Source: Promethearchaeota archaeon
GTDB lineage: Archaea > Asgardarchaeota > Lokiarchaeia > Sigyniarchaeales > SOKP01
Assembly (NCBI GenBank): GCA_016840165.1
Contig: JAEOSU010000018.1
Coordinates: 1-64,000 of the forward strand
Direction: 5' to 3'
Length of the DNA stretch: 64,000 nucleotides
The translations under genes were made by a program, and so were the position numbers. Of the stretch, positions 31,687 through 41,565 are shown piece by piece. Below the pieces are notes generated by a model that did no database searches, was not told the origin of the DNA, and saw only the letters and a program-made list of their open reading frames with translations. The stretch's first letter is position 1, and each line of letters starts with the position of its first letter.

Positions 31687-32180
31687 ATAGGATGACAAAT
31701 TATTGAAGCATAAGCTTTCAAGATGTATGGTTTAAAGTTTTCATAATGTTTATCGATAATCGCGGTATGAATATTAATTAATCGTTCAGTAACGTCGCAA
31801 TAAAAAATTCCGTGTATACTTTTCTCGGAGTAGAATCGTTTTCGTATCATTTTTGATCTTTGCCCAAACCAAGTAGTAAATTCATGACTTTGGAGCCATG
31901 AATTCTCTTTCGAAGTGATAACTAACCCAATGGAATTATAAGTGTTAATTGATGCTTGAATTTCACGTCCATAATAAAAATTTTGTCGTTCTTTTTTCTC
32001 CCAACTAATGTCAATTTTTGCATTAGCTCCCCAAATCTCATCGTAATCATTTTGAGAATGAAGAATTAGATTTCCTTTATTTTGATCCCCATTGAATTCA
32101 ATTTCTTTAAACCATATGGGCATCCTAGTTAGTTGCAAATTCCCTTCAGGTTTTTCATAGACATAATACTTATATTCCAT
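31683..32180 (-). CDS. hypothetical protein
   Basis: 165-aa ORF, co-oriented downstream of L13e. Confidence 0.65.
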   Translation of the reverse strand: MEYKYYVYEKPEGNLQLTRMPIWFKEIEFNGDQNKGNLILHSQNDYDEIWGANAKIDISWEKKERQNFYYGREIQASINTYNSIGLVITSKENSWLQSHEFTTWFGQRSKMIRKRFYSEKSIHGIFYCDVTERLINIHTAIIDKHYENFKPYILKAYASIICHPI

Positions 32181-32242
32181 TATAATTTTCTCTTGAAGTG
32201 ATTTCCGTACTGTAAAGATAATAATGATTTTAAAAAATATCT

Positions 32243-32836
32243 TTATTTCTTGACTAATTCCTTACCTTCTTCAATCCAGCTTTTGATTCTTTCTTCTGAG
32301 CATCCTTTAATTAACTGTCCAAGTTCGCTAGGATCTTCCAATAATAAGTCTTCAACAGAACTTACTCCTAACTCTACAAATTTCTTTTCAGTCGTGGGAC
32401 CTAAACCAGAAAGCTTAGTAAGAGGCAATCTATCCTTTGGAATAGCTTTAGCTTCTAATTTTACTTTTTTAGGTTCTTTTTGAATAGGAGTTGGTTTTTC
32501 AACAGCTTTAGCTTTCTTTGGTACTTTAACTTTCTTTTCTTTTATAGTTGGTTTTTCTTTCTTAGGTTTGAATTCCGCTCTCCGTTTTTCTTTAGGTTGA
32601 AATGGTTTCCGTTTCTTAGATGTAGTCTTAGTGATTTTTATATTCTTTAAAGCTTCAATATTCACTTTATAACTTGATTTTCTTGAAAAGTCAATAGGAA
32701 CATTTAGGTTCTTAAGCTCTTGAACTGATTTTCCAGATTCTTTTATTTCTGACAGAGAAAAACCCCTTCCTTTTCTTAGATTTACATTTCTCGAAGGTGA
32801 GATTACAGTTGCGCTCACTTCTTTATTAACTTGCAT
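32243..32836 (-). CDS. rpl13e: 50S ribosomal protein L13e with Lys-rich linker and C-terminal HhH domain
   Basis: RKGRGFSLSEIKESG L13e signature. LSGLGPTTEKKF..LGV...EDL HhH. Confidence 0.82.
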   Translation of the reverse strand: MQVNKEVSATVISPSRNVNLRKGRGFSLSEIKESGKSVQELKNLNVPIDFSRKSSYKVNIEALKNIKITKTTSKKRKPFQPKEKRRAEFKPKKEKPTIKEKKVKVPKKAKAVEKPTPIQKEPKKVKLEAKAIPKDRLPLTKLSGLGPTTEKKFVELGVSSVEDLLLEDPSELGQLIKGCSEERIKSWIEEGKELVKK

Positions 32837-32966
32837 ACTAACTCTACCACTTTTTTAGTAATAATGTAGTTAAGATAAATAATGAGACTTTTTATTTTTT
32901 TCTATTCGGGAGCTAAGCAAATACATGTTATTTCAAACTGACGAATTCGATGAGAAAATAATGGGT

Positions 32967-33608
32967 TCAAATTTGAATGATATCTAATTGGATCAATTTA
33001 TTTAACGATTCATAAATTTCTTGCTGGGTCTTTCCAAAGGATCTGGAAATTTCGAGGGGCGAGGTCTTGCCATCACATTTCACAGCAATCTGAAATTCGG
33101 CATCATTAATCATACCCATTGATACAATTTTCTTTAAAACACTCACGTTTATTAGCAATTTGGGAAAAACCTCAGCAATGGTCCCACCATGAGTTAAATT
33201 TTCGATATCGGTAATAATGGTTTGAAATCTGCTTTTTTCCGTAGTGTCTCTAAAGAATTCGATATCCGATTTATGCTTTTTCCAGAATCTATTAGCAATT
33301 TTGCGTATTACGTCAATTAAACGGTCAGAATTATCATCAGCATCAGAAATAGAACAAAACAAAACCCGTGATAATGGATGATAAAAAATGACAATTGTAG
33401 AGTTTTCAGATTCGACGGTTCGCATTAATTCATTTTTTTTTTCCCCTTTCACCATTGCATCTTGAATATTGTCAATAATTCGGTTAATTTCCTTGAAAAA
33501 TCCAGTTATAATATCATTATTAATTTTTCCTTCTTGAAAATCTTTAAAAGAAGCTTCTAAAATGGATATGCCGTTATCCCCGTCAATTAAATAAATTTTA
33601 TAGATCAA
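32967..33608 (-). CDS. longin-like domain plus winged-helix protein
   Basis: IYLIDGDNGISIL...IITGFFKEI longin pattern. C-terminal CDGKTSPLEIS...IYESLNKL wHTH. Confidence 0.7.
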   Translation of the reverse strand: MIYKIYLIDGDNGISILEASFKDFQEGKINNDIITGFFKEINRIIDNIQDAMVKGEKKNELMRTVESENSTIVIFYHPLSRVLFCSISDADDNSDRLIDVIRKIANRFWKKHKSDIEFFRDTTEKSRFQTIITDIENLTHGGTIAEVFPKLLINVSVLKKIVSMGMINDAEFQIAVKCDGKTSPLEISRSFGKTQQEIYESLNKLIQLDIIQI

Positions 33609-33757
33609 TTTCCCTAAAAATTAAAATCATTCACTTACCACTATAATAAAATTACCTTCTTAAGAATGTTTTTTTATTATATCGATTAACACTTAAAAAT
33701 AAAAGTGGGAAATGTTATGACTAGTACAAATATTTTATTATTTCTTATTGGAAAAAA

Positions 33758-35014
33758 ATGTCAAGAAAAAACTTCTCTATTATATTCTTTATCATTTTCA
33801 GTTCTCTAATTACTTCGTATTTATTGCCTCAACAAGTAATTCTAAATGAGATGGGTTATATTAACACCAGTAGTGTATCAGATACTTTACCAAGTAAATA
33901 CCAAATTAAGCAAAGCGTTACCTATTCGGTTGAAATCAACTTTTCAGTAACACAATTGAGTTCATTTGCTGATTATTACTTTAAATTACCACGATTAAAT
34001 GATCGACAACCAAATTCTCCATATACGCCAATGTGTCCTCCTTATCAAGAGAGTGAACTTCTCTATCATAACATTTCTGGTAATCTTCCAAGTCAGACCA
34101 TATTAAATCATACTGATAGATTTAACAACGTTTATGATTCATATAATACAACCCTAAATTTTGCCAATCCTGAAATCAAACTAAGCTCAAAATATTTAAT
34201 TACTCTCAACGAAATCGCATTTGATAATATTCTACCCTCAGAGATAGGATCCTATAATACTTCTGATGATATTTTTGAGCTTTACTGTAATCAATCAGTA
34301 GAATTTTACAGGACAGATGATCCTAACTTGATAAGTTTATCAAACAACATAGTTAGTCCTTCTGATAGTCCAATCATCAAAGCTCAGAAAATTATGAATT
34401 GGATCTGTGATAATATCGAATATAACAATAGTTTTGATGGAGAAATTGGAGCATCTAGTGCATATGGTAATTTGACAGGAGATTGCTCAGAATATTCTAG
34501 CTTAATGATTACACTTCTTCGGATTCAAGGTATCCCTGCTCGTAAAGTCACTGGTATCTGTTTCTCGAAAATGTCTAACTTTAAACCTGAAATTGGAGAT
34601 ACATTTACATTTTATATGAGAGATGGAGAAACCCCTACATTATTAGGACATGCATGGGTCGAATACTATGTTCCCGATATTGGATGGATTGCTTGCGATC
34701 CTACATGGAATCAAGTTACTAACTCTTATTTTAACAGAATAGATTATTTACGCTTAAATTATAATATTGGTGAATGGTTCTTTGTCCCTCCTGATGAGTA
34801 TTTTAGTGAATTCCCAGTACCTTATTTTTTTGCTACTGGACCTGGAGCATATTCTAATACCTATGACTTCCAAATAAAAGTAACAGTTCTCGATACAAAT
34901 TACCTTACAATAGATCCACTGCTTTTGATCATAGTTTTCTCTGTAATTGCTGTAGTTATAGCTTTAATTGTCATAATGCTATATATCAGAAAAAAGAAAA
35001 AAACAAAATACTAA
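33758..35014 (+). CDS. secreted, C-terminally anchored transglutaminase-like protein
   Basis: Catalytic triad GDCSEY / HAWVE / DPTW, signal peptide, C-terminal TM with basic tail. Confidence 0.88.
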   Translation: MSRKNFSIIFFIIFSSLITSYLLPQQVILNEMGYINTSSVSDTLPSKYQIKQSVTYSVEINFSVTQLSSFADYYFKLPRLNDRQPNSPYTPMCPPYQESELLYHNISGNLPSQTILNHTDRFNNVYDSYNTTLNFANPEIKLSSKYLITLNEIAFDNILPSEIGSYNTSDDIFELYCNQSVEFYRTDDPNLISLSNNIVSPSDSPIIKAQKIMNWICDNIEYNNSFDGEIGASSAYGNLTGDCSEYSSLMITLLRIQGIPARKVTGICFSKMSNFKPEIGDTFTFYMRDGETPTLLGHAWVEYYVPDIGWIACDPTWNQVTNSYFNRIDYLRLNYNIGEWFFVPPDEYFSEFPVPYFFATGPGAYSNTYDFQIKVTVLDTNYLTIDPLLLIIVFSVIAVVIALIVIMLYIRKKKKTKY

Positions 35015-35031
35015 GGATAATGTGCATCAAC

Positions 35032-36444
35032 TTAGATATAAGTTTTAATTAACTCTCTTAAATTTTTTGTGAGATTTGGTAGTGACTTTTCAATTTTTTC
35101 TACTCTTAATGCTTTTTCCATGAATAATAATAAATATAGATTATAATTATCTACATTTATTTTTTGAAATACAATTTTTTTAGATTGTTCCGAAATACCG
35201 GAAGTAACAATAAAATCTTTCTTTAATATCTTAAACTCTTTAAATGTCTTATATAAAGTCGTAAAGTGTGGTGCTGAGATTTCAAAAACCTTGTTAGCAA
35301 TATCAGATTTTGAATAATTCGATAAGATGATACCATTTTCATTTAAGAGAAGAATCGCATCAGAATTAACCTTGTCAGAAAACAAACGTAATTGGTTCCG
35401 GAATAATTCACGATTAGGGCTTAGTCGTGAAAGTCCAAATGAATAAGCGGAAATAAGGCTCCAATGATCAAAAATCGATGTTTGAAAGATTTTTATGAAA
35501 AAGGTATGAGAACTTTTGCCTATCTCATTGGTTATATATTCAATATTTTTTTTGATCTCTCTTGATTTCTTTAGATCTGGATCAAACTTATTGATACATA
35601 CTACTATAGGCGGAAACTCATCTAAATTTTTAAGGGAATTGAGAATGTTCTGAAATAATGAAACCGATTCTTTAATTCTTTCAGTATCTTGGACGTCAAT
35701 AAAATAAAACAATAAATCCACATTATACAAATAGACTTTTCCTTGTTCAAGAAACTTTTCTCGATATTTTTTTTGCCCCCCTAAATCCCATATAGATATT
35801 TGGGAGTTTTGTTCCTCAAATAATTTCTCCTCTGTTCTTGAAACTCCCTTTGTGGGTAAAGTTTTTATAATTTCAGAGTATCTCTTCTTTACCGCAAGTA
35901 AGAAACTTGTCTTTCCAGCTCTATCCAAGCCTGTAAATAAAATTTTTAATTGTCTTTTTATCGAAAAAGGATCTTTCAGTTCATTGGTAAACTCAAGTAA
36001 ATCTTTTTTAAGTTGATTCATAATAGCTTTATTCTCCTCTAATGTATTTCGAGCTAATATTTTTGTAGCAGTATTATCGATGATGACCCGCAAATATTTC
36101 ATGTTTTCATAAAAAAATATTTTATTTGTCTCTTCAATTAAAATGGTGATAGTTGCTGCTTTTGCGTTTCCTCTAGCTGCTTTATCAGGGATAAGAAAAA
36201 AATATGTTAATCCATTTAATTTTAAATCGGGAAAAGGTAAGATTCCGAAATAATTAATTCCTTCTATAGTTGTACCGTTTTGATAAACAGAATCGCCCAT
36301 AAGTAGACTTATAGTTTTCATAGCGACTAATAATCGCGCTGACTCATCTAAGTCTTCTGGCCAATAGATTATAGGAGTAGGTCCGTCATCATCAAAAAGG
36401 CTATATACAATTGACTTAATTATCTCTCTTTTCATTTCCGTCAT
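35032..36444 (-). CDS. uDENN/longin-like + Arf/Rag-like GTPase + roadblock-like fusion protein
   Basis: FDDDGP, DKAARG. G1 GLDRAGKTS, G2 LPTKG, G3 WDLGGQ, G4 NKFD, G5 TSIFD. C-terminal AILLLNENGIILS. Confidence 0.85.
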   Translation of the reverse strand: MTEMKREIIKSIVYSLFDDDGPTPIIYWPEDLDESARLLVAMKTISLLMGDSVYQNGTTIEGINYFGILPFPDLKLNGLTYFFLIPDKAARGNAKAATITILIEETNKIFFYENMKYLRVIIDNTATKILARNTLEENKAIMNQLKKDLLEFTNELKDPFSIKRQLKILFTGLDRAGKTSFLLAVKKRYSEIIKTLPTKGVSRTEEKLFEEQNSQISIWDLGGQKKYREKFLEQGKVYLYNVDLLFYFIDVQDTERIKESVSLFQNILNSLKNLDEFPPIVVCINKFDPDLKKSREIKKNIEYITNEIGKSSHTFFIKIFQTSIFDHWSLISAYSFGLSRLSPNRELFRNQLRLFSDKVNSDAILLLNENGIILSNYSKSDIANKVFEISAPHFTTLYKTFKEFKILKKDFIVTSGISEQSKKIVFQKINVDNYNLYLLLFMEKALRVEKIEKSLPNLTKNLRELIKTYI

Positions 36445-36585
36445 TATATAATACTTTTTAACACAGTATCTTAAAATAGATTTTAATCGAGGTAATAATC
36501 CGAAATATCGATTTTTGTAGATATTAAAATACGATATTTTAATATATCAATAAACTAAGTGTTAATAAATTTAATGAGAAAGAAA

Positions 36586-38379
36586 TTATTTTATAAAATT
36601 AAGACTTTTTATTTCAGTTTTAATCCAAATCTGCCTTAAAAATTCTAATATAGCTTGCTTGGTAGTATAGTTTTGCTTGAATTCTTCTAAACTCACTTTT
36701 TCAGTTGCTCCATGTGAAATTAATGAGTGAAATTTCCCTTGGTTTTCAAGTTTTTTAAATAAATCCATTTCGATATCCTTATCAAATTTTGTAGAATTAG
36801 AATAAGAATCCATTGAAATATGTGGAAAATGACGTTTATCCAATTTAATAAATCGATCTATTGCCCTTTGTGAGGTATCTTCTATGAGAGCAAACTTTCT
36901 CTTATAAATTTTTGAAAATTCATTACAGCTATTAGCCATTTCAGTAACAATGTGCATACCGAGATCAAGTGAGTTAGAAGTCTCATGCATCATGTTATTG
37001 GTCAATATTTTAACCGCCTCATTTAAACCGATAAAACCAATACATAAATCTTGATTTTTTAATTGATAAAGATTAGTTCCCTCAATTAAACTATTACATA
37101 ACGGTAAATGGTTGGTCGAAAGGCGCTTTTTGATGATTTCATATTTTTTGTTCAAGATAGTAGCACATAAGTGCAATTTTTGATTTAAATCCTCCATAAA
37201 TAGCGTTTCATCTCTGTTATTAAATGCAATTCTAGGTAGGTTTATCGAGATCTTCTGAAGAATTCCATGGTTTAAATAACCGTCTAATGTTTTATTCTCT
37301 ATAGTATCATTTAGTTTAAATAATGAAGAATTTAACAGATAGGGGGCTTGATTAGTATTAATCTCATTGATAACTTTTATAAAAGAATCTTGGTATTTAC
37401 TTAACCATTCACTACTACAAAATATTTTATGGACCGGGTATCGAAAAGGATGAGAATAAAAGTCACCCTCTGTAAAGATATCAATGAAACAATCAAAAAG
37501 TTTTAAGCATTCAGAGGAAAAGTCTGAGTATATTCCGTCAACTTTTCCATGAATCCCAATAGCAGTCTCATCTAAGAAGGGTTCAACTATAGTAGGATAA
37601 CATTCTAATGATGATTTAAGATATCGCTTACCAGAGATGGCTGATAAATGATTTATTTCATATATAAAGCTTTTAAGTTCATTTCTAATCTCTGAATCGG
37701 ATAAGTTACCAACTAAGGGTGCTAAAAAAATAGTTAAATGATTAAAGCTTTGGCATCCACAAAATTCATTTTGAATTATACCTGTCCAATTTGCGAGCTG
37801 ATTCAAGGCTTCTCTTAAATTCTGAGGCGGTTTTACTTTATAAGAGAAGCTCTTAAGATCAGTGGGCGGAATTCCGTATTTCAATATGATCCTTGGATCC
37901 CAGGTATGCTCATACGGTCTTAAATCAAAATACTTAAGCTGATGAATGTAGATATCTCCAAATAAATGGGCTTTTGATTCCTCATCAGTTAAAATTCGTA
38001 ATAATGTATATTCTTCTGCCAATTGGTTAGCTGCCCAGTGATGAATCTTCTCGGGATTAATTACACTTCTAATTACATCTTTTTCTACTTTTTCCAAGAT
38101 CTCCTCATAATCCATCAGTGGCATTCCTATGCGGGTATAGAGTTTCCTTTCTTTTTCATAATGATTTTCAGATAAAATAGAACAAACGATCTCTCTTATA
38201 TGGGGTCCAGAAAGGAACTTTATTCCAGAACTTATTATTCTTCTAACTACTAATTCTGTGACGTTTTTAGCCTCTTCTTCTGGCATCCCTGTTTCTTTCA
38301 TGATGCTCTCAAAAATTTTAGAGGCATCAAAATCAACGACATCTCCCTCGGATCGAAAAACTTTAGGTAATAAGTGCAT
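36586..38379 (-). CDS. ATP-cone plus degenerate class III ribonucleotide reductase (NrdD-like pseudoenzyme)
   Basis: ATP-cone V.RSEG...FD..KI, H..GDIYIH, SINLPRIA, IGFIGLNE. No finger-loop GCR, no Zn ribbon, no RxxGY. Start at ATG 38379. Confidence 0.8.
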   Translation of the reverse strand: MHLLPKVFRSEGDVVDFDASKIFESIMKETGMPEEEAKNVTELVVRRIISSGIKFLSGPHIREIVCSILSENHYEKERKLYTRIGMPLMDYEEILEKVEKDVIRSVINPEKIHHWAANQLAEEYTLLRILTDEESKAHLFGDIYIHQLKYFDLRPYEHTWDPRIILKYGIPPTDLKSFSYKVKPPQNLREALNQLANWTGIIQNEFCGCQSFNHLTIFLAPLVGNLSDSEIRNELKSFIYEINHLSAISGKRYLKSSLECYPTIVEPFLDETAIGIHGKVDGIYSDFSSECLKLFDCFIDIFTEGDFYSHPFRYPVHKIFCSSEWLSKYQDSFIKVINEINTNQAPYLLNSSLFKLNDTIENKTLDGYLNHGILQKISINLPRIAFNNRDETLFMEDLNQKLHLCATILNKKYEIIKKRLSTNHLPLCNSLIEGTNLYQLKNQDLCIGFIGLNEAVKILTNNMMHETSNSLDLGMHIVTEMANSCNEFSKIYKRKFALIEDTSQRAIDRFIKLDKRHFPHISMDSYSNSTKFDKDIEMDLFKKLENQGKFHSLISHGATEKVSLEEFKQNYTTKQAILEFLRQIWIKTEIKSLNFIK

Positions 38380-38582
38380 TTTGTCGGAACCTTTTTTATA
38401 TACTCTGTTTTTAGATATTATCTCTAATATTATTATTATAGAGATTTTAAAAAACAATTTATTAACACATTAAAGAGATGTGTATTTATAAAGAAATATT
38501 AGAAAAATTTTGCTAAAATAAGATTTAGATTGTTATTACCTTGGTAACAAAAATGAAATGGAAAATAAAATTTTAGTAATTT

Positions 38583-39359
38583 TTAATTAGTTTTTGAACC
38601 ACATAACGGACAATATCTTCCTTCCTTGTTGATTAACCTCGTTCCACAGTTGGGACAGAAATTACTAATTTCAATCATGTTTATAGAAGTTTGAACGCTT
38701 TCTTGAGGAACTGCTTGAGCATTCACAACTAATTGCTGATTTGAAGATACTTGATAATACATTATTGAATCTAACTTCGCTAATTTAAAGTAACCTGCGA
38801 TTTGAAAGATAAAACCGATGAAAACAGTAATTATTAAAAAGCCTAGAGCATATAATAAAGCACCTGTCTTAAGATTTTCACATCCATTAATAGCATCTTG
38901 ACCTATATTAATAGGAAATAGCTCTCTATTATTTTGGAAATAAATCTTTAAATTTTCCCAAGCTTTCATTTCAATTACTGAGCTTGAAATAAGCAATATT
39001 AGCCCTGCTACCAGTATGCATATGCTGATGGGAAATAGGATAGCATTGAACGGTGGTATATATAATGGGATAAAGAAATTTATTGCCAAGCTGACACCTC
39101 CTACAACGAGAAAAATAAATCCGATTATAATCAAAATCATAGATCGTACGTACTTAGAACGAAACATTCCAAGATTAGGATTATTCAATTGGTAATTAAT
39201 ATTTCTAATAACCCCTAATGCTAAAAAAATAAAAACCAATGCCACTATACTCGCAACTGGAGCTATAGGGGGAATAAAAGATAACACACTCGCTATCGCA
39301 ATTACCCGAATCTTCTTTCCAAATTCATAGAAACTATTTCTGATAGTATCATTATCCAA
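38583..39359 (-). CDS. membrane protein (DUF973-like) with C-terminal zinc ribbon
   Basis: Several TM helices, FCPNCG...YCPLCG. Confidence 0.7.
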   Translation of the reverse strand: MDNDTIRNSFYEFGKKIRVIAIASVLSFIPPIAPVASIVALVFIFLALGVIRNINYQLNNPNLGMFRSKYVRSMILIIIGFIFLVVGGVSLAINFFIPLYIPPFNAILFPISICILVAGLILLISSSVIEMKAWENLKIYFQNNRELFPINIGQDAINGCENLKTGALLYALGFLIITVFIGFIFQIAGYFKLAKLDSIMYYQVSSNQQLVVNAQAVPQESVQTSINMIEISNFCPNCGTRLINKEGRYCPLCGSKTN

Positions 39360-39526
39360 TTTTACTCACTCTTTTTTTTCAAAGATTTGTTTTACTTAAG
39401 ATGATAAATACTATGTATATTAAAATAGCTAAGGGAGTCCAATTTTAATCACTTAATTTTCATATCATAATTTTATTTTTTCAACACTCTCATTAGATTA
39501 TATAGCTGAGTAAACCCAATTAAAAT

Positions 39527-40324
39527 ATGCTAAATTCATTTTCAGAAAAATCTTTAAAAAAATTCTTCCAAAGTCTTTATTTAACTCTTAAAAATTTCGA
39601 TGCTGAATTAACTGAAGTATGGTGTGAACCATCAGATGTGGATTATTTTCAAGGATTTAGTCAAGATCAAATAATAGAATTTATTTCTTATTTTGATTTC
39701 ATCTCAATAAAGAGAGGTAATTATATCGACTATGTTGTCATTGATAAAATACTCTTTATCATAAGAAGTCTTAAATATCTCCAATTAGATATAACGCTTC
39801 TTTCTAGTCTCTTGGATTATGACGGTTTTGAAGCATTAGTTAAGTTGATTTTGAGTGAAAGTAATTATTTTACCACCAAAAACTATAGATTCACAGATAA
39901 AACCAATTTCAAATCTAAAACTAAGCAATCAAAATATGAAATTGATGTGATTGGTATTAATAGGAATCTTATTTTACTTATTGATTGCAAGCAATGGAAG
40001 CGTAAGGATTCCTATAGTGCCATGAATAAGGCAGCTAACTTACAATATAGGCGCGCGTTAGCTCTTAAAAAAAATCATGAGCTTTTTTCAGGGATGTTAG
40101 AATCTTTAATAGGAATTAACAAAGTTCAAAAAGTAAAACCTCCCTTTCTGCTAATCCCTTTGATGGTGACTCTCGAAAGCAATTGGATAAAAATTAATGA
40201 TAATTCGGTACCGATTGTAAGTATCTATCAATTTCATTCTTTCCTCGAAGAACTTCATGATAATTTATACTATTTTAGAATAGTAAAGGTGAATAAATTG
40301 CAGATCCAGAAACAATTAATCTAA
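39527..40324 (+). CDS. Mrr-like PD-(D/E)xK nuclease
   Basis: FEALV, EIDVIG...IDCKQW. Confidence 0.75.
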   Translation: MLNSFSEKSLKKFFQSLYLTLKNFDAELTEVWCEPSDVDYFQGFSQDQIIEFISYFDFISIKRGNYIDYVVIDKILFIIRSLKYLQLDITLLSSLLDYDGFEALVKLILSESNYFTTKNYRFTDKTNFKSKTKQSKYEIDVIGINRNLILLIDCKQWKRKDSYSAMNKAANLQYRRALALKKNHELFSGMLESLIGINKVQKVKPPFLLIPLMVTLESNWIKINDNSVPIVSIYQFHSFLEELHDNLYYFRIVKVNKLQIQKQLI

Positions 40325-40331
40325 AATATAG

Positions 40332-41285
40332 CTATTTATCTAATCCTAAGTATTCTTTCACTTGTTTTTTAACAATATTTGCAGCAAAATTAATAATTCC
40401 TGATTTAATCCGAGGCGATGAGAATATTACCAATATCATGTCATTGCCCAATGTGGTTTCAGTATCAATAGGAGCAAGATCTACAACTCCGTTAGATCCA
40501 CGTACGGAAATATTAAGTAACTTTCCCGCACTTAAACCCTCAATTATATCTTCTCCTATCATCGAAAGATTTTGTCCAATCGTTGCAAATAAATTGTCTG
40601 ACATTCGTGAGGAGATAGCGGAGGCAAGAATCGTTCCATCCTTCTTAATGATGGCTGAAGCTTCAATATGTAAATCTAATTTTAATAATTCTTTAAGAAT
40701 TTCATTCATACTTGAAGGGGGAATAAACTCTTCTTTTTTCTTTTTCTCATATGGTTCTTTTTCTGTTGGGAGTTTTTTTACTGTTATCTTTTTTGATAAG
40801 AAGGTCAATACTTTAGTCATATCCTCCTCTAACTGTTTTTGCTTTACCAAAGATGCTTCGGAATAGGGTGCTTTAGGTACGGGTTGTGGCTTCTCCGTTG
40901 AAGATTTGGAACTATATACTCCTTTTAACCCAATAATTGATCCCTCAAACGGTTTGGGAGTAATCTCCGTAAGGATCTCCTTTTCATCTTCAATATCATC
41001 ATTTTCCTCCTTATGCACTACTAGCTTTTTGGCGTCATCCTTTGAATTATTAACATGGATTTCAACTAATGGTATTTCTTGAAGTTCAGATACTTTGGGC
41101 TTCTTCACGACTTTTGGCTTATTAATAGGTATTTTTTCCCTTGATTTACTCTCTTTTTTCTTTTTTTCTAAAGTAAGTCTTATTCGCGGTGGTTTTGTAG
41201 AAATTGGGAGCAATGCGCCACACTTACGGCATATGTTTCCATCTGCTTCGTTATTGGTCGCACCACAATTACTACATATTATCAT
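40332..41285 (-). CDS. zinc ribbon + disordered linker + roadblock/LC7 domain protein
   Basis: CSNCG...CRKCG. IEASAIIKKDGTILAS...ISVRGSNG roadblock pattern. Confidence 0.82.
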   Translation of the reverse strand: MIICSNCGATNNEADGNICRKCGALLPISTKPPRIRLTLEKKKKESKSREKIPINKPKVVKKPKVSELQEIPLVEIHVNNSKDDAKKLVVHKEENDDIEDEKEILTEITPKPFEGSIIGLKGVYSSKSSTEKPQPVPKAPYSEASLVKQKQLEEDMTKVLTFLSKKITVKKLPTEKEPYEKKKKEEFIPPSSMNEILKELLKLDLHIEASAIIKKDGTILASAISSRMSDNLFATIGQNLSMIGEDIIEGLSAGKLLNISVRGSNGVVDLAPIDTETTLGNDMILVIFSSPRIKSGIINFAANIVKKQVKEYLGLDK

Positions 41286-41328
41286 AAGTGAAGCCCTTAA
41301 TAATAGCTAATTTGAGTAAAAATCGAAA

Positions 41329-41341
41329 ATATAGTCTATAT
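41329..41341. promoter_or_regulatory. palindrome ATATAG-T-CTATAT, putative operator
   Basis: Exact reverse complement of the core at 1147-1159, about 45 bp upstream of the roadblock gene. Confidence 0.3.
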
Positions 41342-41565
41342 CTACTTTATACTAGTGATAATACTGTTTTATTAATATTGTTTCTTTATTATAAAAATCA
41401 ATTTAAAGTTCTAAATTATATCTTTTTCTCTGATATCTTTTCAATAGGAGTTAGTTCTGATTAGAAGATTGAATAAATTCCGAAATAAGAACCTCTAATT
41501 ATATAAAATTTACTTTTTAACAGAAGGAATTAAGTAAAAGAGAAATAAAAACATGTTGCTTTCAA

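Noticed and set aside
36586-38457. Functional nrdD or frameshifted pseudogene
   Set aside because: Radical and Cys motifs are missing, yet the ORF is uninterrupted and I saw no shifted-frame C-terminus downstream.
39527-40324. Restriction-modification or defence island
   Set aside because: A lone Mrr-like nuclease with no methyltransferase, integrase or other defence genes nearby.
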